This document shows positions 19,441 through 29,137 of a stretch of DNA of 64,000 nt, piece after piece; position 1 is the stretch's first letter, and every line of letters starts with the position of its first letter. Source of the stretch: an uncultured Pirellulales bacterium (GTDB lineage Bacteria; Planctomycetota; Phycisphaerae; Sedimentisphaerales; CAYZTY01); assembly GCA_964444665.1 (NCBI GenBank), contig CAYUIE010000003.1, forward strand, positions 110,280 through 174,279, given 5' to 3'. The notes below the pieces were generated by a model, which had not been told where the DNA came from, ran no database searches, and worked only from the letters and a program-made list of their open reading frames with translations. The position numbers were made by a program, and so were the translations under genes.

Positions 19441-20071
19441 CAGTCCCGTCCTCTATTTCATGAATCCGATTCATGATATTAACATAATTAACATCTTCGA
19501 CGTCATTAACCTGCAAAAGATGCGCACCGCTGGACAGTGCTGCCTTGATACCTTTTTCATTATCTTCCACTATAAGGCACTCATCAGGCCCCAGACCAAG
19601 CCGTTCAATCGCTGCAATGTACATCTCAGGGTCTGGCTTTGGCTTTGAGATGTCCTGGTTTGAAAGATAAAAGTCCAGATATTGAATCAGGTTGGCCTTC
19701 GTTACCATTGTTTCAACGCTTTTCCTTACCGAGTTCGAGCAGACAACCAGCCGATATCCTTCATTATGCAATTTACTCAAAGCATATTCATGATAGAATG
19801 CCGGCTTGCACCGCGTATAAGCCATCTCCATTGTGTATTTTTGTTTTAGGTCATTAATGAAATTATGAAGCTTATTCGGAAGTCCCTGCTCCAGCGACAG
19901 CATTTTCAGTTTTTTTCGCGTCGGCAATCCATCATATGTAACCAAATGGTCATATCTGCTTATACCCATACCAAATGGCTTCAAGGCCTTATTTAACGCC
20001 TCGTAATGCCAATCTTTCGCGTCAATAAGCACTCCATCCATATCGAATATCACCGCTTTTATCTTACGCAT
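19394..20071 (-). CDS. HAD-superfamily phosphatase / phosphomutase-like hydrolase
   Basis: HAD motif I AVIFDMDGVLID, motif II VCSNS, and motif IV-like VEDNEKG. Its 3' end overlaps the next gene by 47 nt. Confidence 0.8.
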   Translation of the reverse strand: MRKIKAVIFDMDGVLIDAKDWHYEALNKALKPFGMGISRYDHLVTYDGLPTRKKLKMLSLEQGLPNKLHNFINDLKQKYTMEMAYTRCKPAFYHEYALSKLHNEGYRLVVCSNSVRKSVETMVTKANLIQYLDFYLSNQDISKPKPDPEMYIAAIERLGLGPDECLIVEDNEKGIKAALSSGAHLLQVNDVEDVNYVNIMNRIHEIEDGTDVEYINAHRSEVNVF

Positions 20072-20696
20072 CGAAATATTCCTTCGCTTTTTCAGGCTGG
20101 TCCGTGCAAATCATTAATTTCCCATTCTTTAGTTTTCCATCAATCGTTTTGTAATCATTCCATTCCGATTGATTCTCTCTGCCATGAATTTCCGGTGAAA
20201 CAATACACACTTTTTTACCCGTGTTTATATGCCCTGTTATCACGGACTCGTCAGACCAGTGCGCATGAAACTCATCCAACCATACTCCATCCGCATTTTT
20301 GTAAAAGCTCGGTTCATGTTCATACTCACTTTGTCTGGTAAAGACTTTAAATCCCTCCTGCAAGTAGCCCAATCCGTCTGGAACGGACATATCAAAAACA
20401 AAATAGTTTTTTATCTCATACTTTTCGAGCAAAGCCTTGAGCCTTTGCTGTAATCCGGCAGCTTTGATGTTAAGAGCCAAAGGCAACATCTTGCTAAATC
20501 CACGATACAGCCCAAAAAAGCTTTCGACTCTTATACAATCTCGGTTCGCAATGTTATGACTGATTACAAGTTCGTTCTCATAGTCCCTGATGTCGGTCTC
20601 GGTACCAAAACCCATATTAAAAGACCGCTCAAACGCAACAATCTGATTCTTCTCGGAAATATCTTTCCAATATCCTCTATGAGATATTATTATCAT
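20064..20696 (-). CDS. Glycerophosphodiester-phosphodiesterase-like (PLC-like TIM barrel) protein
   Basis: IISHRGYW..EKNQIVAFERSF..GFGTETDIRDY.NELVISHN resembles the HRG..EN..AF..E.D...D..VV.HD signature of the GDPD family. Confidence 0.5.
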   Translation of the reverse strand: MIIISHRGYWKDISEKNQIVAFERSFNMGFGTETDIRDYENELVISHNIANRDCIRVESFFGLYRGFSKMLPLALNIKAAGLQQRLKALLEKYEIKNYFVFDMSVPDGLGYLQEGFKVFTRQSEYEHEPSFYKNADGVWLDEFHAHWSDESVITGHINTGKKVCIVSPEIHGRENQSEWNDYKTIDGKLKNGKLMICTDQPEKAKEYFDA

Positions 20697-20762
20697 CCAA
20701 TTTATATTCCCGATTTAAGCCCAGACGTATAATCTAATTGCATTGCTCTTGTTTGCCTGGAG

Positions 20763-21095
20763 CTAAATATTGCCACGATAAGCCGCAACGGTTTTTTTGC
20801 CCTTACGAATTCGACTTAGTTGTCCACTCGTTTCGCTTTTCTTGGCAGATATGGTCACAGATAGCTGTTCATATAATTTTAACAATTTCTCCCGTTGTTT
20901 CTCAAAGCCGGTCTGTTTAAGAAGGTCTCCCTTTAAAATTAACTCTATTAGAGAACCTGCCTGCTCACCTAAAGATTCAACACCTGTCATGTCGCCCTTA
21001 TGGGCCAGTCTTATCTGCTTTTCCAGCAGCGTTTGCAAATCACGCAGCAAATCTCCATTTTTGTCCGGAATATTTTTAGCGTTGTCATTAGTCAT
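20763..21095 (-). CDS. Hypothetical small helical protein (possible chaperone-like, unassigned)
   Basis: 110-aa ORF in the same orientation, tightly packed between the TPR gene and the sugar-activation genes. I recognise no motif. Confidence 0.4.
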   Translation of the reverse strand: MTNDNAKNIPDKNGDLLRDLQTLLEKQIRLAHKGDMTGVESLGEQAGSLIELILKGDLLKQTGFEKQREKLLKLYEQLSVTISAKKSETSGQLSRIRKGKKTVAAYRGNI

Positions 21096-21101
21096 TCGTA
21101 T

Positions 21102-21773
21102 TTACATTACCGTTTGCTTTTGTTGAGCCAAATTATGTTCTACTTCTTCCAGCAAATTTGCTGCATCTTCGTTATCAGGGTCCAGAGTCAAAATACTCAT
21201 AAGGAGCTTCCTGGACCGCTCGAAACTGCCATCTCTCATATACAACGCCGCCAGAGGAAACATCACGGAGATGTCGCCGGGGTGCATATTTAAATATACC
21301 TCTAAATAGTGTATAACTTTCGAGAACGTACCCATCTGGCAGGACGTCTGAAATAAACCAAGAAGGGCTATCAGGTTATCACTATCCAGCTCCAAAGATT
21401 TCAGATACATTTTGAAGGCCTGCTCGTAATCAGCCCTCTGCTGAGCAATCATAGCCAGGCCGGCATAAGCTTTAGCGCAACTACCATCCAGCCGACAAGC
21501 AACTCTGAAAGCTATTTCAGCATCATCCAACAGATTTTTCTGCAAAGCTACTACTCCCAAACCGACATAAGGTCCAACCTCATCAGGTGCTAACGTAGCT
21601 GCTTTTTCGTAATATTGTTGTGCCTGTGTGTAGTTGCCAACGGAACTACAGCAGTCACCAAGTTCCTGCAGGACTAAGTAATGTTGGGTTACATCATTCT
21701 GCTGAATGGTTTCATTTTGTGATTCATTGCCAAATTTAGACGTGTGGTCAAAATTTTCTTGTGTTATATCCAT
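21102..21773 (-). CDS. TPR-repeat protein
   Basis: Repeated A/Y/G helical-pair pattern (YYEKAATLAPD.., AFRVACRLDGS.., AFKMYLKSLELDSDN..). It overlaps the upstream GT2 gene by 10 nt. Confidence 0.7.
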   Translation of the reverse strand: MDITQENFDHTSKFGNESQNETIQQNDVTQHYLVLQELGDCCSSVGNYTQAQQYYEKAATLAPDEVGPYVGLGVVALQKNLLDDAEIAFRVACRLDGSCAKAYAGLAMIAQQRADYEQAFKMYLKSLELDSDNLIALLGLFQTSCQMGTFSKVIHYLEVYLNMHPGDISVMFPLAALYMRDGSFERSRKLLMSILTLDPDNEDAANLLEEVEHNLAQQKQTVM

Positions 21774-23326
21774 AGTAATTCTTTTCCTTCAAGTATTTGC
21801 TCAGCTTGTTCGAGTAACTTAATAGCCTGAGTAAAATCCTTTCCTGTTCGCTTGATTTTTGCTTCTAATAAAAATGTGTCCACGGTAGGCCTTTGCCGGT
21901 TGATTTCGGAGCAAAGCTCCTGGGCTTTATTGATGTTATTAGCATTAAAAAAGGCTTTTGCCGCCAGAGTCTTCATCCATAGCTGATTTTGATAATGCTC
22001 GGCGATGTATTCAAACATCGGGGCTGCCTGCTGCCATTTGCCGTTTTTCTCTGCCAGCTTTGTCTTTTCGAGCAACTGGTCGAATTGAAAAGGAATTTCC
22101 TCGGCAAGTACACGCCTTACGAAAATATCGGCTGCTTTTAAAGACTCAAGAATTGCCAAAGAGGGAAACTCTCTGCGAGCATTTATCAAGTAGTCTTTTT
22201 TTAACACAACCGCCCACAGCTCATCTGTTGAACCCTCCAGCTCAAAAGCCTCCCTGTCAGATGAGTTATTAATCAAGGCATAAAGAGAATCCTCCACCCA
22301 AAAATTTCTTACAGGAAAACCGTTTGGTAATATTACAATGTATTCGCCGTCACATTTGGCAAGAGCTGCATCAATACGCTGGGACTGAGATGCAAATGAA
22401 TCCACAGACACATTAATTACGTTTGGCATACTTAAACTCTCACAATCGACCTGTGGCAGAGGTAAATAAATTTCATACGGATAAAAAGTATATTGCCGGA
22501 TAGAATTAAGGGTTTCCTTCGCCCGGTTATCCATCTGCTGCGTAATAAAAATAATTGATAAATCCTCGATTTTTGACCATGGTTTGGCGGGTCTTGTAGT
22601 TCGTATCGTAAAAACATTTTTTAGGTATTCGTCTTGGTCTTTACGTCGTTGTATTGATATCCTGTCACATTCGTCAATTGGATGACAATACTCACCTGTG
22701 ATTTCATATACATGTTGGAAATCAGAGAAAAAGGCCAACCTTCTGGCTATATCCCAATCAATCAGAACATTAAGCTGCTCATTATAAGGCCCTGTTTTTT
22801 CTATAAGGGTTCTGTAATGCATAAGTGACACATGCAGAACATGATTATAATACAACATAAAAAACCGGTCGAAGTCCCGAGTTACTTCGACAACTTTGCT
22901 GAGAATCTGCCTACTGCCATCCGGCATAATCCTGCAACACATCTTGTACAAGTCACTATATGCAACCTGGCAATCGGTTTGATTTTCAAGGACATCGACC
23001 AGTGTTTCGATATGATTGGGATAATATAAATCGTCATCATCAAGATAGGCGATATATTTACCCTCAGCTTTACTTAGGGCCTGGTTGAGAGAAAAAGCCT
23101 TTCCAAGGTTTTGCTTCCGGTTGATATATATCAACCGAGGGTCGTTAAAAGATGCAATTATATCTCCTATATCCCGGCCGCCATCATTTACTATAATAAC
23201 CTGTAAATTCGTGTAACTTTGCTGCAAAACACTGGACAGGGCCTCGGCTAAATATCGAGGTCGGTTAAAAGTCGGAATAAGCACACTGACGACCGGACCG
23301 ATTTTTCTTTCATAGTTTCCTGCCAT
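21764..23326 (-). CDS. Family-2 glycosyltransferase with C-terminal TPR-like extension
   Basis: VSVLIPTFNRPRYLAEALSSVLQQSYTNLQVIIVNDGGRD plus YLDDDD (DxD). The C-terminal ~120 aa are helical-repeat-like. Confidence 0.8.
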   Translation of the reverse strand: MAGNYERKIGPVVSVLIPTFNRPRYLAEALSSVLQQSYTNLQVIIVNDGGRDIGDIIASFNDPRLIYINRKQNLGKAFSLNQALSKAEGKYIAYLDDDDLYYPNHIETLVDVLENQTDCQVAYSDLYKMCCRIMPDGSRQILSKVVEVTRDFDRFFMLYYNHVLHVSLMHYRTLIEKTGPYNEQLNVLIDWDIARRLAFFSDFQHVYEITGEYCHPIDECDRISIQRRKDQDEYLKNVFTIRTTRPAKPWSKIEDLSIIFITQQMDNRAKETLNSIRQYTFYPYEIYLPLPQVDCESLSMPNVINVSVDSFASQSQRIDAALAKCDGEYIVILPNGFPVRNFWVEDSLYALINNSSDREAFELEGSTDELWAVVLKKDYLINARREFPSLAILESLKAADIFVRRVLAEEIPFQFDQLLEKTKLAEKNGKWQQAAPMFEYIAEHYQNQLWMKTLAAKAFFNANNINKAQELCSEINRQRPTVDTFLLEAKIKRTGKDFTQAIKLLEQAEQILEGKELLWI

Positions 23327-23341
23327 TGGGAAAAATCCACA

Positions 23342-24760
23342 TTAGTTTTCAACCAATATTTTATTTGAATCTATTTCAGCCTCGAATCGTGTGAAAAGTT
23401 CGTTAATTTTTACCAATTGATTTTTCAGTGAGTAGTTCTCTTCAATGAATCTGCGATACCTTTCGGGCTCGTATGTGTCGGAAATAATTTGCCGACAGAA
23501 TTCTTCAGATATATTGAACAAAAATTCAGATGGGAATATTTGGTCGGCCCCGGGGAAATTATGAATGACCGGCTTTAGGCCACAGGCCATCCCCTCCAGT
23601 ATTCCCATCCCCTGGCTCTCAATAATGCTTGTTGAAACAATATAGTGTTTATCCTCAAGCCAGCCGTTTATATCTTCCTGCCAGTTATCAAAAAACACCA
23701 CGTCGCGAATTTCAAGTGCGTTAACCATATGTTTTAGATACTGTTCCACAACAGCATCCACAAATTGCCCCGCGAAAAATAGACGATACTCAGGATCTGT
23801 GTAGTGCAGCTTTTGCATACACTGCAAAACGAAAGCCGGATTTTTTACCATTCTAAGGTCAGCCAAAAAAGCAATATTTTTACTGCTCTGTCGGTTTATA
23901 AAAGTGTATTTTTCAAGATTTACACCGTTAGGAATTGTAACTATCGATGTCTGATTTGTAAGGTTCGGCACTCTACTGATAAGTGCATCTTTAACAAAGC
24001 TGTTCCCGACATTAACAAGGACATCGACATTTTCCCAGTTAACCTGTTGGGGCCACGGCTCATAGGCTTCGTAGCGGTGCAGTCTTACAATGTTCTTACA
24101 AACTTTTGGCAACCTGGAAGCAATTACCGCTAAATCTGTGCACCACTCAAACCAGGAAATATCGCTCCATTTCATTAATTCATAGAGTTGTTCTTCAGTG
24201 TGGTCCTGAAAAACCTGCACCTGAAATCGTTGCTTCGTAAACTCGATAATTTCGTTGAGAAATTTGACACCATCGCCACCACAGAAGAAAGCTATCTTAG
24301 GCCTTTTGCAGCGAATTACATCAATCATAGGCTTGAGAACATCTTGCCCCGGCAGCACAAAAAGAGAACGAAGTAAAGTTTCGAGTGCGTCGGCTTTATT
24401 ATCCTGGTTTAAAAAAACATTGGCAGTTCTATTAAGCACATCCACGTTCAATATGCCCAAACGCTGCATCTGATCAAAAAGCTTCTTAGCTTCGCTTGCT
24501 CTACCGACCGTAAGATACGCTTCCACTAAATTCCAAATTATCTCGGTAGAATCACCCTGAAGCTTCCTCGCTTTAACAAAGTTCTCAATGGCCTTATTTG
24601 AATGTCCAAGGCAGAAAAGAATCGCCCCTGCATCATTTAGTGCCTGCGCATCATCAGGCACCATTTGAAGATGCTCCTGAATGGAAATAAGGGCCTGTTG
24701 ATATTGACCGGCTTCAGCCAATTTCTGAGCTCTTTGATAATTATTTATATTTGTTTCCAT
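23342..24760 (-). CDS. TPR (N-terminal) + GT-B/GT4-like glycosyltransferase (C-terminal) fusion, with FlmG-like domain order
   Basis: N-terminal TPRs (YQRAQKLAEAGQYQQA.., ALNDAGAILFCLGHSNKAIENFVKA..). The C-terminus has the GT-B signature ..STSIIESQGMGILEGMACGLKPVIHNFPGA. Confidence 0.75.
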   Translation of the reverse strand: METNINNYQRAQKLAEAGQYQQALISIQEHLQMVPDDAQALNDAGAILFCLGHSNKAIENFVKARKLQGDSTEIIWNLVEAYLTVGRASEAKKLFDQMQRLGILNVDVLNRTANVFLNQDNKADALETLLRSLFVLPGQDVLKPMIDVIRCKRPKIAFFCGGDGVKFLNEIIEFTKQRFQVQVFQDHTEEQLYELMKWSDISWFEWCTDLAVIASRLPKVCKNIVRLHRYEAYEPWPQQVNWENVDVLVNVGNSFVKDALISRVPNLTNQTSIVTIPNGVNLEKYTFINRQSSKNIAFLADLRMVKNPAFVLQCMQKLHYTDPEYRLFFAGQFVDAVVEQYLKHMVNALEIRDVVFFDNWQEDINGWLEDKHYIVSTSIIESQGMGILEGMACGLKPVIHNFPGADQIFPSEFLFNISEEFCRQIISDTYEPERYRRFIEENYSLKNQLVKINELFTRFEAEIDSNKILVEN

Positions 24761-24829
24761 TATTGACCTTCAATTTAATTGCCTTTTTAAAATTAACGAC
24801 CGGAAAAGTGAAAAAGCAGATAAGAACAG

Positions 24830-24845
24830 TGCAAATTCCGTACCT
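24830..24845 (-). promoter_or_regulatory. Weak sigma-54 promoter candidate upstream of the TPR-GT gene
   Basis: The minus strand reads AGGTAC-N5-TTGCA, with GG and GC at the canonical spacing. It lies about 70-85 nt upstream of the ATG at 24760, in the largest gap (207 nt) of the long minus-strand gene run. Confidence 0.35.
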
Positions 24846-24967
24846 TTTGCCCATATCAATATATATTTAATTTCCTGCGGTGTTGTCCCGAAAGACCGTA
24901 TAAAAATCAAACATTATGTTGTTCAAACAGCCCTTTCCCCACATTTTCAGATGCATATACTCAGCAG

Positions 24968-26155
24968 CTATGTGATGAAATCCAGCAGCGACATGGACAT
25001 AAGTCTTGCAGCCATTGATAACGACATCTGATACAAAACCTCATGACGAGATATATCTATAACAACCTGGGCAATGTCCGCCTCCTGCAGATAAGTCACT
25101 TCATCCTCAGCGTTATATTTCAGGTTTAACAGAGTATCTTTTAGATTATCCAGAAAGCCAATTTTCGCTCCAAAAGAGGCTTGTCCCTGGACCAAAAGAT
25201 TCGTAATTTCATCCAGCGAGTCTAATGAATTCATTTGCAGTTCATGCAATTGTGTCTCGGAAAGACCTCTCTCGTTTTCCAATATATCCCGGAAAGTTAT
25301 AAGCATGTTGAATATATCGTAAGTTCCTGGTATACGAACAAGTTCAACTCCCGTACTGCTTATTTCAGTAGTATCAACATATAGCACTTTGCCGGTTCTC
25401 GAATCCGTTACAGCTTGGTTTGTTCCCCCCCCTGGCGGGACAGTTACATAGCTTGCTCCGTCATCGATAGACAATTTATAATTAGAGCCATCGTGGATTA
25501 CCGTAAGCCATACATCACCCGTGACGCTCGATGTACCGGTGCCAGCTTTGGCGCCGGTCTCGCCCAGAAAAGCTGGTGTACCTCGATTATCAGAACGGAA
25601 AATATCGTCACCTGCGTAAAAAGCAACAGACTGAACACCGGGGGCTATTTCTGTATTTCTTTGCTCAAAACCACCTTGATAGGTTACGTTGGTGATTTTC
25701 CCATTAGTACGTTCAACAGCATAAGGAGCCGATGAGGTATTACTCCCCCCAAATAAATACTGATCCATATGCTCAGTATTAGCTAACAAAACTACTTGTT
25801 CAAGTGCATCATTGATTACAATTGCAACTCTTTTACGTCCCTCTTCGTCATAGGTTCCGCTGGCAATCTGAGTTAGATAATTTTTAGTATCTATCAAAAT
25901 TGTAACTATATCTCCAACAATCGTGGATGAAAGTTCAAGAGATGTAATAACGCTCGACAAGTTTTCCATATAATTTTCCAAAGACCTTTTCTGAGAGTTA
26001 AGCCCTAATATCTGGTATGCAGCAGACGGTTTATCAGATGGTCTATTTACATAGGAACCTGTTGCTGCCTGTTCTTGCAAGCGAGCCAAAGCTTTGGTGT
26101 GCAACTGCAATGCAAAGCTAATATCATTGTAAATACTATTTAACGACCCGCTCAT
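24968..26155 (-). CDS. flgL: Hook-filament junction protein FlgL
   Basis: Flagellin-like N-terminal and C-terminal helices (LARLQEQAATGSYVNRPSDKPSAAYQIL.. and ..EADIAQVVIDISRHEVLYQMSLSMAARLMSMSLLDF). It lies directly downstream of flgK. Confidence 0.85.
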   Translation of the reverse strand: MSGSLNSIYNDISFALQLHTKALARLQEQAATGSYVNRPSDKPSAAYQILGLNSQKRSLENYMENLSSVITSLELSSTIVGDIVTILIDTKNYLTQIASGTYDEEGRKRVAIVINDALEQVVLLANTEHMDQYLFGGSNTSSAPYAVERTNGKITNVTYQGGFEQRNTEIAPGVQSVAFYAGDDIFRSDNRGTPAFLGETGAKAGTGTSSVTGDVWLTVIHDGSNYKLSIDDGASYVTVPPGGGTNQAVTDSRTGKVLYVDTTEISSTGVELVRIPGTYDIFNMLITFRDILENERGLSETQLHELQMNSLDSLDEITNLLVQGQASFGAKIGFLDNLKDTLLNLKYNAEDEVTYLQEADIAQVVIDISRHEVLYQMSLSMAARLMSMSLLDFIT

Positions 26156-26191
26156 TATAATCCCATAAATAAATTCTAAAGTTATGACTGT

Positions 26192-28153
26192 TTATACTAT
26201 TTCCATAAAACTTAAAATTGCAGACTGAATGGTATTTAAATATTTGGCCATAGCCTGAAACATTTGCTCGTAAATCAACATCTGAGCAGCTTCATCGTTT
26301 ATATTGACTCCACTTATCTCACCCTGCTGACTGGCAAGGCTTTGAATTATCGCCTCAATATTGTCCTGCTGAATTTGTTTGTTAAAAATCTGCTGACCGA
26401 TGTCTGTAACCAACCGGTGATAAAACTGTGGCGGTGTCATTTCACTCAGGCTACTTAAAGATTCATCCTTTAATCCTGCTAACCGTAAGGCATTGGTATT
26501 ATCTGTCATATCCGGCCCCAGAGAAGTTGCTATCCGGCCGGGTGTAGCAGATACATCCGAACAAACGGCTATATCTATAGCGTTACTTCCGGAGAAAAAG
26601 GTATTAATCCCAACCGCCGCCAGCACACCCGAGGTATCACTACTGGAAAAGGCATCAACTTCGAAACTATCACCTGCGTTCAAATCGCCCATACTTAGAG
26701 ATATTTTGATTCCATTACCTATATCGAGTTTATCGCCGGCGGCATAACCGGCACCAACATTCAAATTTGCTACAACATCACCAACACCATTTCTCACTTC
26801 AAGCTGTAAACTGCCGTTGCCAACCGTATCTGTGCCTATTACCGTGAAGGTGAAAGTTTGATTGTCAGTTCCGTTATAAATACCTGAAACAGATACGTTT
26901 GGCGGCGAGGCGCCAGTAAGATTACTCACGGTAGGAACAGGCAGAACACATGGGATAAAGTCAAATGTATAATCCACACCTGCCTGTATATATAACCGAT
27001 TATCAGCAACCGATGCAGACAGACCGGTAATTGCTGAAATATCCGCAGCTATCGTCGTAAGCGAATCTGTTGAAACATTAATATCAATTTCATTTCGTGT
27101 TATTTGCCCCGTGCTTGTATCAGTAACTCTTATATATATTTTCCCATCGGACACAGGAGGGACAAAATCGGCTAAGTCTTCGCTAACCATTCGCCAGCCA
27201 TTCAATTGCGTAAAGGAACCTTCTGAACCCACTGCCTGGACATGGTACTGGTTTACTTGTTGTATAATTGCGGTTGCTAAACTGTCGAGGTTGCTGCTAA
27301 TATCCGCTACAATACTGTTCTTCAATGTTAATAATCCCCCAAGCTGGCCTCCTTGTACTTCAATGTCATAATTACTTGCCCCGGCAATCGAGATACCAAG
27401 CATGCCCTGCTCTTTCAAGCCTACTTCCAATTCAGACGAAGTTGTACCTACTACCGCAGGCAAACCAGCTATATAGACATCAACCACTCCATATTCCCTC
27501 TGTTGAGTCTCTACTGCAATTAATTCAGACAGATCATTTATGAGCTGGTCTCTTTGGTCTCGCAAATTATTTGCTACACTACCAACTATTTCCATTCTCT
27601 CTATATTGTCGTTAAGGCCGGCAATCCGACCTGTTATTGTATTAATTTGTTCGATTATGTTTTCGGCTTCCAATCTGATTTGCGTCTCCAACTTATTAAG
27701 AAACTCACTTAACGTTCTAAATTGATTAGCCATTGTCTCGGCGGCGCTTATAACTTGATTCTGCCATATGGCTTCAGCGGGATGGGTCGACAGGTCCTGA
27801 AATGCATTAAAAAACTCATCAATAGCTGTGCTCAATCCGCTACCAGATGAAAGCTCTCCGAACGCTGTTTCGATTGTTCGCAGTGCAGAGAATTCACGTG
27901 AGATTTGCCCCAATGATGACTGTTGCCTGAGAATCTCCTGCTCTAAAAGTAAGTCGATAACTCTTGTAACACCGGTAATATTGACGCCCCCTCCAATCAG
28001 TATCGGCCCCTGTTGTGATGAGTATGCAGGATTCAGTTTTATTCTTTGAAGGTGATATCCCTCAGTAGCCGCATTTGCAATATTGTTGCCGATTATATCA
28101 AGCGCTTTCTGAGCAGCATCGAGACCACTAAGTCCTATGGAAAAACCTTCCAT
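26192..28153 (-). CDS. flgK: Hook-filament junction protein FlgK
   Basis: N-terminus FSIGLSGLDAAQKALDIIGNNIANAATEGY and C-terminus GVNINDEAAQMLIYEQMFQAMAKYLNTIQ. Length is 653 aa. Confidence 0.9.
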   Translation of the reverse strand: MEGFSIGLSGLDAAQKALDIIGNNIANAATEGYHLQRIKLNPAYSSQQGPILIGGGVNITGVTRVIDLLLEQEILRQQSSLGQISREFSALRTIETAFGELSSGSGLSTAIDEFFNAFQDLSTHPAEAIWQNQVISAAETMANQFRTLSEFLNKLETQIRLEAENIIEQINTITGRIAGLNDNIERMEIVGSVANNLRDQRDQLINDLSELIAVETQQREYGVVDVYIAGLPAVVGTTSSELEVGLKEQGMLGISIAGASNYDIEVQGGQLGGLLTLKNSIVADISSNLDSLATAIIQQVNQYHVQAVGSEGSFTQLNGWRMVSEDLADFVPPVSDGKIYIRVTDTSTGQITRNEIDINVSTDSLTTIAADISAITGLSASVADNRLYIQAGVDYTFDFIPCVLPVPTVSNLTGASPPNVSVSGIYNGTDNQTFTFTVIGTDTVGNGSLQLEVRNGVGDVVANLNVGAGYAAGDKLDIGNGIKISLSMGDLNAGDSFEVDAFSSSDTSGVLAAVGINTFFSGSNAIDIAVCSDVSATPGRIATSLGPDMTDNTNALRLAGLKDESLSSLSEMTPPQFYHRLVTDIGQQIFNKQIQQDNIEAIIQSLASQQGEISGVNINDEAAQMLIYEQMFQAMAKYLNTIQSAILSFMEIV

Positions 28154-28223
28154 TTTTTAACCCACTTATCCTTTACAATTTAAATTCTGCCCAAACTCAA
28201 CCCATAGTTTAATCAAAACTGCA

Positions 28224-28745
28224 TCATAATCGCATATTAACAAGTACCGTGTCGGTTTGTCGTTTAGCTGTGCCATTAACCGTGTATGTAATCGTTCCAG
28301 GTTGACCAAGTCCAAAAATACTCTTCAAAAGAAGATTGTTAAACCTGGCACACTCCGCTAAAAGAAATGAGGTGCTTATATACTCTTCCTTAAGTCTTTT
28401 AACTAATTCTTTTAACCTTGTTTTTCTAACGGTTACGTCAGCTTGCTGTTCTTCCGGCAAATTAGCTTCAAGCATAGATAATGTCATTTCCTTTAAGTTA
28501 CAGCTCAAGACAACAGCTAATTCTTTCCGTATTGATTGCCGTTTCAATTCATGGTTTTTATATTTGTCAGACTCGGACTGTATACGCTCAAGTAATTTGC
28601 TTAAAGCCTTATTGTCATGTTTGATAGTCAGGCTGCGCAGCTCATTTAAATAAGATACACTCTGCTGTAGATGTTGGATGTCTTTATCTAAAACAGCCAA
28701 AAGCTTGTCAACTTTGTCTTTGATTTCGATTTCCGCTGTTTTCAT
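28224..28745 (-). CDS. flgN: FlgN-like export chaperone
   Basis: 173-aa all-helical protein directly upstream of flgK, the conserved FlgN position. The FlgN-like pattern is ..LLERIQSESDKYKNHELKRQSIRKELA... Confidence 0.6.
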   Translation of the reverse strand: MKTAEIEIKDKVDKLLAVLDKDIQHLQQSVSYLNELRSLTIKHDNKALSKLLERIQSESDKYKNHELKRQSIRKELAVVLSCNLKEMTLSMLEANLPEEQQADVTVRKTRLKELVKRLKEEYISTSFLLAECARFNNLLLKSIFGLGQPGTITYTVNGTAKRQTDTVLVNMRL

Positions 28746-29086
28746 ATGCTCCTATCCAGTAACTCTGTTTCTTGAGTTGTCTGTTTAAAACCATTTAAAG
28801 ATTGATATAAAGCTTTCCACAGTCCGAAACCACCGGTGTTTGCAAGTCCCTGGGCCAGGTAAAACCAAAACATCCCGTATACCTGCCTACAAGCCCCATC
28901 TTTGTCAAAGCCCCAGTCACCAATAGTGTCTTTCATCTGATCTAATACTTTATTGATTAAAAGCGATTCAAAATCTTTAGCTATTTGCTCTTTTCTTTGT
29001 TCTGAGACTTTATCACTGTTGCTTAATTGCTTCAGCTGCATCGGCCCTGTGAAGGGTTGGATTAGCATCAATTCAGCGTTATTCAT
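28742..29086 (-). CDS. flgJ: Rod-binding protein (single-domain FlgJ, no muramidase domain)
   Basis: 114 aa with the rod-binding pattern QIAKDFESLLINKVLDQMKDTI...GMFWFYLAQGLANTGGFGL. It lies downstream of flgI. Confidence 0.75.
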   Translation of the reverse strand: MNNAELMLIQPFTGPMQLKQLSNSDKVSEQRKEQIAKDFESLLINKVLDQMKDTIGDWGFDKDGACRQVYGMFWFYLAQGLANTGGFGLWKALYQSLNGFKQTTQETELLDRSI

Positions 29087-29137
29087 AAAATTAAATCCCG
29101 ATTTCCATTGTGTAATTAATTACAAAATGGGATTCTG

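Noticed and set aside
28742-29086. FlgJ lacking a muramidase domain as a possible anomaly
   Set aside because: Single-domain rod-binding FlgJ is the common state outside the beta- and gamma-proteobacteria. The peptidoglycan hydrolase is usually encoded separately.
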